A stretch of 49,321 nucleotides of DNA from Deltaproteobacteria bacterium. Its GTDB lineage: Bacteria; Myxococcota; UBA727; VGSZ01. Made by a program: the position numbers and the translations under genes. The stretch spans positions 1 through 49,321 of the forward strand of contig JANNAY010000132.1 of NCBI GenBank assembly GCA_031384945.1. The letters run 5' to 3'. The stretch's first letter is position 1; each line of letters opens with the position of its first letter. The notes beneath the pieces were generated by a model. The model was not told the DNA's origin and ran no database searches. It saw only the letters and a list, made by a program, of their open reading frames with translations. Below are positions 25,161 through 31,473 of this stretch, piece after piece.

Positions 25161-25874
25161 ATGAGCGAGGTCGTACCCTTCGGAGATCGGCTGCTGCGGC
25201 TTTTGGAAGCCCTGCAGCCGCCCCGCAGCCAAAAATGGTTAGCGGAGCAGAGCGGACTGAGCGCCCCAACGATCTCCCGCTACATCCAAGGCGTCAGGAA
25301 CCCTGACGTCGCCTCCCTCGAATCGCTCGCACCTGTGTTGGGAGTGAAGCCCGACGAGCTCGTTCGCGGAACCGATGCGGAGGGCCGGCTGGAAGGACAG
25401 AGGGACTGGGTTCGGCGCAACGAATTCGATGTCGCCCTCGAGCGGGTGGTGCAGCTCGAGCAAGCCCTCGGCGAAGCCAGAGACGAGGCCGCGACTTATC
25501 AGCGGCACCACGAACTAGAGAAGCGTCGACGCGAGGCTGCCGAGGAACAGACGGCTCCCTATCTGAAAAAGCTGCAGGAACTGAGTGCCGAACTCGACGT
25601 GGAACGAGCGGATCGCAAGCAGGCGCGCCTTCGTTGCGATGAATTGAAGAGCGAGAACGCCCAGCTGCGCCGCAGCTACGCAGACGCCGGCGTTCAGATT
25701 CATCGCCTGGGCGAGAAGCTCGATGAAGCCAGAGCGGCCATCGAGAAGCTCGACCGCACATCGACGCTCACCAAGGCGCTCGCGGCTGCCGCGGCTGCTG
25801 CAAGTGCGTTTACTGCGTTTAAAGTCATGTCAAAAAATGACCCTGAAGAAGAAGAGGGAGAGGAAGATGCATAA
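25161..25874 (+). CDS. XRE-family HTH protein with a long coiled coil and a C-terminal membrane anchor
   Basis: HTH SQKWLAEQSGLSAPTISRYIQGVRNPDVASLESLAPVLGV. A heptad-rich central region. A hydrophobic LTKALAAAAAAASAFTAFKVM segment, then an acidic tail. Confidence 0.75.
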   Translation: MSEVVPFGDRLLRLLEALQPPRSQKWLAEQSGLSAPTISRYIQGVRNPDVASLESLAPVLGVKPDELVRGTDAEGRLEGQRDWVRRNEFDVALERVVQLEQALGEARDEAATYQRHHELEKRRREAAEEQTAPYLKKLQELSAELDVERADRKQARLRCDELKSENAQLRRSYADAGVQIHRLGEKLDEARAAIEKLDRTSTLTKALAAAAAAASAFTAFKVMSKNDPEEEEGEEDA

Positions 25875-26271
25875 CAAGACGTGTCCGCAATGGTTGCCAC
25901 AGCCGCTCCATGGACGATGGATTGCTCGCGGCTACCCCGAAGTTGTTTCGATCCGCATCGACGGACACGAGGTTGCCTTTCGCAAGACCGCGTGGGCTCA
26001 CAGCAAACCCGACGTCATCGCGCAGTATCGTGAAATGCGCGAACACGACTCGCTTCACTTGTCGGTGTTATCCGACGGTTCGTTTGTCATCGACCACATT
26101 GATTGCTTCAACCCCGACTACGGGCTCGCCAACGCCGCGAAGCACGCAGACCACGACGCCGGATGGGGTGGCTTCGCGGGTCTGCTGCTGGGCATCGGGG
26201 TCACGGTCGCTCTCGGTACTGGTGCCGGGCTTCTTCTGGGCGCGGCGCTGGGCGGCTCGAAGTCCCGCTGA
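25867..26271 (+). CDS. Hypothetical protein with a C-terminal glycine-zipper transmembrane segment
   Basis: 8-nt overlap with the previous gene (ATGCATAA). A soluble N-terminus of about 95 aa, then WGGFAGLLLGIGVTVALGTGAGLLLGAALGG. Confidence 0.6.
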   Translation: MHNKTCPQWLPQPLHGRWIARGYPEVVSIRIDGHEVAFRKTAWAHSKPDVIAQYREMREHDSLHLSVLSDGSFVIDHIDCFNPDYGLANAAKHADHDAGWGGFAGLLLGIGVTVALGTGAGLLLGAALGGSKSR

Positions 26272-26353
26272 GTCCAGCAACTTGCTGTGAAACGGAGCCG
26301 GATTTGGTGCCCTGTAGACGAAATTCGGATCCATTTCGCAGTGGCCGCCACGG

Positions 26354-26722
26354 TCACCGCAGGTTGAAGAGGTAGAGGAACGCCGCCCAACCCGACGGCA
26401 GCATCTGCGGCGGCTCGTCGAGCACCTCGCCGTACTTCACGGCCATCTCGAGGAAAAACTTCGCATGAAGGAAGGCCTCGACGATGGGGCCAGTGACCTC
26501 GCGCCATCGCCTGTTGTGCTCGCGCTCGAACTGGATGCCGGTGCCGCGCGTGTAGAGGTCGAGGAAAGTCTTGTTCAGCTGCTCGTCGGGCGCGAGCGCC
26601 TGCAGCACCTCGACGATGCGCGTGGTGAATCTCTGCAGGCCGTAAACCTTGAAGCTCTGGTGGTAGTAGCGATAGAGGCCGTCTTCGTAGCCCCAGTGGC
26701 CGTTGACCTCGTCGAGCAGGCC
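26354..26722 (-). pseudogene. Gene fragment with no start codon at the point where coding signal begins (5'-truncated, or frameshifted)
   Basis: The high-GC3 frame reads LLDEVNGHWGYEDGLYRYYHQSFKVYGLQRFTTRIVEVLQALAPDEQ...SGWAAFLYLFNLR*. Upstream of about 26722 the same frame becomes RRIRRPRRRRGG. The only in-frame start the track offers is the GTG at 26608. Confidence 0.5.
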
Positions 26723-26793
26723 ACCTCGCCGCCGTCGAGGCCGACGGATCCTTCGCGGCCCAGGCCTTCGTTGAGGCCGGCGTCTTCGACTGG

Positions 26794-27369
26794 TTGGCGC
26801 TCGGCGCCCAGGTGCAATCGCTCGCGACGACGCGGGGCGCCGGCCCGTCCGACACGCTGCTCTTCACGCGCATCGCGTGGAGCGAGCCCGATGCGCCGCC
26901 ACATCGCCTCGCGACGTTTGTTCTTCAGCTCACCGTGCCCACCGGTGACGTCGACCGCAGCCTCGGCAACGGCGTCTGGATCGTCACGGGTGGCTCGAGC
27001 TTCACGCTGTATCGCAAGCCCTTCGTATGGCACCTCGACGTACTCGGGGCGCTGCCGGTGCCGGATGAAGCGGGCCGCCACCAGCGCGCGGACCTGCTCT
27101 GGGCCCTTGCGGTCGAGGCTCCCCTGCCATTCCTCAACAACAGCATCGCCGGCGTCCTCGAGCTCACGGGTCGCCACGAGGGCTGGCCGCTCGACGCCAT
27201 CTTGGCGCCGGAAGCCGGCGTCGCGGAACAGGAGATCGTGTTGGGTGTTGGCGTCGAGGTCATCGCCAGCGACACGTTTCAGGCGCTCGTCGGTTGGCAG
27301 CGCACGCTCTACGGGCGGAACGTCGACGCGGTCGACACGATCGTCGTCACGCTGGTCCCGCTTCTGTGA
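26794..27369 (+). CDS. Hypothetical protein (start uncertain: TTG 26794 or GTG 26812; frame open from 26707)
   Basis: By my count GC3 is about 86%, against about 70% for the codon-aligned antisense ORF 26575..27177. The amino-acid composition is balanced, with W, F, T, N and P all present. No family recognised. Confidence 0.45.
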   Translation: MALGAQVQSLATTRGAGPSDTLLFTRIAWSEPDAPPHRLATFVLQLTVPTGDVDRSLGNGVWIVTGGSSFTLYRKPFVWHLDVLGALPVPDEAGRHQRADLLWALAVEAPLPFLNNSIAGVLELTGRHEGWPLDAILAPEAGVAEQEIVLGVGVEVIASDTFQALVGWQRTLYGRNVDAVDTIVVTLVPLL

Positions 27370-27381
27370 GTCTGCTCGGTC

Positions 27382-28188
27382 TCAAGCCTCTTCGGGGAGC
27401 GTCATCTCGATGACCATCGGCTTGTGGTCAGAGGCATCGCTGTCGAGGATCTTGCCGTCGGTCACGGTCTTCAAGGGCTCATCGACGAGGACGTAGTCGA
27501 TGCGACGATCGCCGAAGGTGCCGCCGTCCCCAAACGGGAGGAAAGTATCGGTCATGCCGTCGTCGACAACGTTCCGGACCTGCTCGTCGCCAGGGCTGGC
27601 GTTGAAGTCTCCGATGACCATGCTGCCGGAGCCCACCGCCTCTTCCATGTGCTTGGCAAGGAAGCGCGTGTTCTCGACGCCGGCCCACGGGAACACGTCG
27701 ATGTGGGTCGTGACGGCGCGAACGACGCGGCCGCCGGCGCACAAGCCAGCATCGAGGGCAACGCGGGGCTCGAGGGGGTTCTGCGCAGGCAGCTCGATGC
27801 GCTCGGCGTCGGCGAAGGGAAGCTTGCTCAAGAGGGCAACGCCGAAGTCACCCGTGCCCTCTTCGCGCGCGGCCGCGAACGCGTAGTTCATACCCAGACG
27901 TTCCGCGAGCTCTCCAGCCTGGTCGACGTTGCCCGTGCGCTCGGCATTGTGGTCGACCTCCTGCAGCGCGACCACATCGGCGTCCTGCTCTTCCAGCAGA
28001 TCACCAAGGGTCTCCAGCGAGGACAATGTTGCCCACTTGATGTTCCAGGTTACCACCTTGAGTTTCGTAGCGGTTGATTCGCCTGTACATGCAGACATTT
28101 CGGGGACGATAAAAGTGTCTGAAGGTCTGGCACAGGCTCCGACAGCAAGAGCGACAGCGACGAGGGCGAGGGGGAGGGATCGGGTCAT
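27382..28188 (-). CDS. Endonuclease/exonuclease/phosphatase (EEP) family lipoprotein
   Basis: Lipobox LAVGAC. EEP motifs VVTWNIK, DVVALQEV, GDFN and SDHKP. Confidence 0.85.
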   Translation of the reverse strand: MTRSLPLALVAVALAVGACARPSDTFIVPEMSACTGESTATKLKVVTWNIKWATLSSLETLGDLLEEQDADVVALQEVDHNAERTGNVDQAGELAERLGMNYAFAAAREEGTGDFGVALLSKLPFADAERIELPAQNPLEPRVALDAGLCAGGRVVRAVTTHIDVFPWAGVENTRFLAKHMEEAVGSGSMVIGDFNASPGDEQVRNVVDDGMTDTFLPFGDGGTFGDRRIDYVLVDEPLKTVTDGKILDSDASDHKPMVIEMTLPEEA

Positions 28189-28435
28189 TGGGCCTCAGTG
28201 TGGCAACTTCGCGGCGTGCCGCAAAACGCCGCACCACATTCCGTCACGACGCTGTCATCCCATCCGTGCGCCGAGAGCGATCGTTCGGCGACAGACGCCC
28301 GGCACAGACAAGCGTTGCCCAGATCGAGATCCATTTCCTCTCGCTCCGGCCGGAGGGGCTGACGGGTGCGTCGGTTGACGGTGCGGTCCTGAAAACGGGA
28401 GCTACAACGTGGTCAACGCGCGGTGTACGCAACGA

Positions 28436-29824
28436 TCAAGGATGCAGCAAAATCAAGCTGGCTGCGCTGAAATAAATGATAAGTCCGGTCACATCGATCA
28501 GCGTCGCCACCGATGGCGCCGACGCGCTCGCCGGATCGAAGCCGGCGCGCCGCAGCGCGAACGGCAACATCGCGCCGGCGACGCTGCCCCAGAGGACGAC
28601 GCCGACGAGACTGATGCTCACTGTCAGGGCGACCAGCAGGAACTGGGGTCCGTACATGTGAAAGATCAACGCCCACGCGCAGATGCGCACGAAGCCGGTG
28701 GCGCCGAGCAGGAATCCAAGAACGAGGCCGGCGACCGCTTCACGTCGCAACACGGCCTGCCAATCGCGCAACCGCACGTCGCCGACGGCGAGGGCCCGCA
28801 CGATCAGCGTCGACGCTTGTGAGCCCGAGTTGCCGCCCGAAGAGATGATCAGCGGGACGAAGAGCGCCAACACCACCGCGCGCTCGATCTCGGCCTGGAA
28901 GTAGCTCATCGCCGACGCCGTCAGCATCTCGCCGATGAACAGCACCATCAGCCAGCCGGCCCGCTTCCTCAGCATCTCCTTCAAGTCGACATTGAGGTAG
29001 GGACCGGAGAGGGCTTCAACGCCGCCGACCTTCTGGATGTCTTCGGTGGCTTCGGTACCGACGACGGCGAGGACGTCGTCGTGGAGGATGCGGCCGAGCA
29101 TCCTGCCTTCTGCGTCGACGACGGCGAGGGCGATGACCGAGTACTTCTGGAACAGCGCTGCGACCTTCTCCTGGTCGAGGTCTGGCGTCACCGTCGCGAT
29201 GGGCGGCTCCATGATCTCAGCGACAGGCCGGGTGGTCTTGTGCAAGAGCAGGCGCGCCAAGTCGACGACCCCGACGAGGCGGTCGCGGTCGTCGACGACG
29301 TAGACGCCGTGGACGGCGATGTCGTCGTCGGCGAGGGCGCGGACGCAGGCGATGGCGGCCGCCACGTCGTCGCCGACCCTCACTTGCGCGCGTTCGACCT
29401 GCATCAGGCCGCCGGCGGTGTCGGGGGCGAAGCGCAGCAGGCGCTCGATCCCCGCTCGCTCGTCGGCGGGGAGCCCCGCCAGCGTCTGCTCTTGCGCGGC
29501 CGTCGGGAGGTCTTCGATGACGTCGGCGGCGTCGTCGCTCTCGAGGTTGCGCAGCAGCGTCGCGATCTCGCCGGGCGCCAGCAGCGGCAACAGAGCCGCG
29601 CGTTCGGCGTCGTCGAGGAGGGCGACCACGTCGGCGCGTTCAGCGTCGTCGCGCACCAGACGCAGCAAGCGAGGCCAGCGCTCGACGTCGACGGTGCGCA
29701 GGCTCTCCAACACATCCGCGGGATGCGGCAGCAGAGCGAGATAGGTCGCCGCGACGCTGTCGTCTCCGACGAGGACGGCGGCGATGTCCGCGTCTTCGGC
29801 GGCCGTCGGCTCGAGTGAATTCAT
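28436..29824 (-). CDS. mgtE: Magnesium transporter MgtE
   Basis: N-terminal MgtE_N-like region, tandem CBS region, and a C-terminal 5-TM domain with PLIISSGGNSGSQ and ATLIDVTGLIIYF. Confidence 0.9.
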   Translation of the reverse strand: MNSLEPTAAEDADIAAVLVGDDSVAATYLALLPHPADVLESLRTVDVERWPRLLRLVRDDAERADVVALLDDAERAALLPLLAPGEIATLLRNLESDDAADVIEDLPTAAQEQTLAGLPADERAGIERLLRFAPDTAGGLMQVERAQVRVGDDVAAAIACVRALADDDIAVHGVYVVDDRDRLVGVVDLARLLLHKTTRPVAEIMEPPIATVTPDLDQEKVAALFQKYSVIALAVVDAEGRMLGRILHDDVLAVVGTEATEDIQKVGGVEALSGPYLNVDLKEMLRKRAGWLMVLFIGEMLTASAMSYFQAEIERAVVLALFVPLIISSGGNSGSQASTLIVRALAVGDVRLRDWQAVLRREAVAGLVLGFLLGATGFVRICAWALIFHMYGPQFLLVALTVSISLVGVVLWGSVAGAMLPFALRRAGFDPASASAPSVATLIDVTGLIIYFSAASLILLHP

Positions 29825-30180
29825 GACGCGCTCCGGATGCGTCCGGCGCCGCTCTTCTTGCGCCGCGGCGCGCGCTCAGCGGCGTGCTCGAGGCCAACGT
29901 CGAGGAGGGCGGCGATGTGTTCGTCGGCGAGGGAGTAGACGACCTCTTTCCCGCGACGCGTGCCGGTGACGAGGTGCTCGTGCCTCAGGATGCGCAGGTG
30001 ATGCGAGAGCGCAGTCGGCTCGAGCCCGCAGAGCGGCAACAGCTCACCGACCGTGAGCTCGCCGCCTCGGGCGAGGGCGACCAGCGCGCGCAGTCGGGCC
30101 TCGTTCGCCAACGCGGAGAACAAGGTGGCCGCTTGCGAGAAATGGAGAGCGGTGGGCATCCGGGGTGCGTCGTCGGCCAT
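29821..30180 (-). CDS. ArsR/SmtB-family metalloregulator (alternative starts at 30204 GTG and 30159 ATG)
   Basis: Winged HTH (LSHHLRILRHEHLV..RRGKEVVYSL) and an alpha5-type ligand pattern D-x-H-x10-H-x2-E (DEHIAALLDVGLEHAAE). The stop overlaps the mgtE start. Confidence 0.85.
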   Translation of the reverse strand: MADDAPRMPTALHFSQAATLFSALANEARLRALVALARGGELTVGELLPLCGLEPTALSHHLRILRHEHLVTGTRRGKEVVYSLADEHIAALLDVGLEHAAERAPRRKKSGAGRIRSAS

Positions 30181-30201
30181 GGGCCCGCTTGCGCCCAAAA
30201 A

Positions 30202-30223
30202 CACTTGAGGTCAATCTCAAGTG
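30202..30223. promoter_or_regulatory. Perfect 8-6-8 inverted repeat, candidate ArsR-family operator
   Basis: CACTTGAG-gtcaat-CTCAAGTG, 22 bp upstream of the arsR-like ATG at 30180, in the divergent region toward the EEP/mgtA genes. Confidence 0.6.
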
Positions 30224-30500
30224 AGCATTCCCTCATTTGGGCGCCTCGGGCCGCAGCGGGCCTTGCTCGTTTGGCACAAGAGGCGACAGCACGTGCTTGG
30301 CAATTGCTGCATGATATGTGTTGCGTTGACTTCACAAATCATGACCTTCAAAGTCTTCCTTAAGTGCAAGGTTTACACGATGCCGTTTCACCACGCAAAT
30401 CCGTTCGTCGTGCCTCTCCGTCGTCCCGGCTCTGCAGCGGCAGTGCGGACGCGGATCTCCTGATGGCAGACGTCCAGAGCGGGCGTAGCGTCGCCGAGAC

Positions 30501-31466
30501 ATGATCCACCTCCGCTCCCTCTCCTTGGTGACCTCGCTCCTCCTCGCGCTCGTGCACGGGTCTGGGTGCGTCCCGGGCGCTGGCGAAGCGAACGCTGCGG
30601 CTGATGGTGATCCCTCGCCCCTTGACGACGACACGGGCTACCCCAGCCCCGCGACAGACCTCGTTCCCGCGGTCGGCGTCGCAGGAGCGCTCGACGTCGG
30701 CGCTTGGAACATCCGCTTCTTTCCGTCGACGGCGGAGACCGCATCGGTCGTCGCCGACGTCGTCGCGTCCCTCGGCGTCGACCTCATCGCCCTCGAGGAA
30801 GTCACCGACGCCGATGCGTTCAACGAGCTCGTCGCGCGCTTGCCCGAGCATGAGGGCCTGCTTTCGACACACTCCTACGGCAGCGACGACTTTCCGGATC
30901 AGAAGCTCGGCTTCCTCTATCGCTCCTCGGTGCTGACGCTCGACGACCACAGCTTGCTGTTCACCGCAGACGACTTCGTCTTCCCGCGCCCGCCGCTCGA
31001 GGCCACGTTCACCTACCAAGAGGGCGACGCGCCGCCGCTCACCTTTGTCGCGATCGCCGTCCACTTGAAAGCAGGGCGCGAGGACCAGGACTACGAGCGC
31101 AGGCACGACGCGCTCGCGCTCCTCGAGTCGCACGTCCGCGACCTCGTCGACGACGCGGACGGGCCCGATGCCGTCGTCGTCCTCGGCGACTTCAACGAAG
31201 ACTTCTTCGGCGAACGCGAAGACGAGGACTGGGCTCCGTTCGCTTCGTCGCCGGACCGCTATGCGCTGCCCACTCGCGCGCTCGCCGAAGACGGCGAGGA
31301 GACCTTCATCCCCGGCGGCGTCTTCATCGACCACATCGTCGCCACCACCGCGTTTGTCGCCGCGAGCACGACGTCGACTGCTGTCGTGCCTCACCTCCAG
31401 TTCGACGTGACCAACTACGAGGACGTCGTCAGCGACCACTTGCCTGTCGTGCTCGGACATCCGTGA
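30501..31466 (+). CDS. Endonuclease/exonuclease/phosphatase (EEP) family lipoprotein (second, divergent copy)
   Basis: Lipobox LVHGSGC. Motifs VGAWNIRFF, DLIALEEV, LGDFNED and SDHLPV. Confidence 0.8.
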   Translation: MIHLRSLSLVTSLLLALVHGSGCVPGAGEANAAADGDPSPLDDDTGYPSPATDLVPAVGVAGALDVGAWNIRFFPSTAETASVVADVVASLGVDLIALEEVTDADAFNELVARLPEHEGLLSTHSYGSDDFPDQKLGFLYRSSVLTLDDHSLLFTADDFVFPRPPLEATFTYQEGDAPPLTFVAIAVHLKAGREDQDYERRHDALALLESHVRDLVDDADGPDAVVVLGDFNEDFFGEREDEDWAPFASSPDRYALPTRALAEDGEETFIPGGVFIDHIVATTAFVAASTTSTAVVPHLQFDVTNYEDVVSDHLPVVLGHP

Positions 31467-31473
31467 GCGCCCG

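Noticed and set aside
26575-27177. 200-aa minus-strand ORF that could supply an N-terminus to the 26354..26722 fragment.
   Set aside because: It is codon-aligned antisense to the plus ORF 26794..27369. By my count its GC3 is lower (about 70% against about 86%), it uses rare codons (ATA, many CGT) and it is about 17% Arg. It is kept only as the alternative hypothesis in the finding.
28190-28436. M-box (ykoK) Mg2+ riboswitch near mgtE, and likewise in 30224-30500 upstream of EEP-mgtA.
   Set aside because: I could not recognise the conserved M-box core by eye. mgtE is preceded by arsR with overlapping stop and start, not by a leader. This needs an Infernal scan, so it is not reported as a feature.
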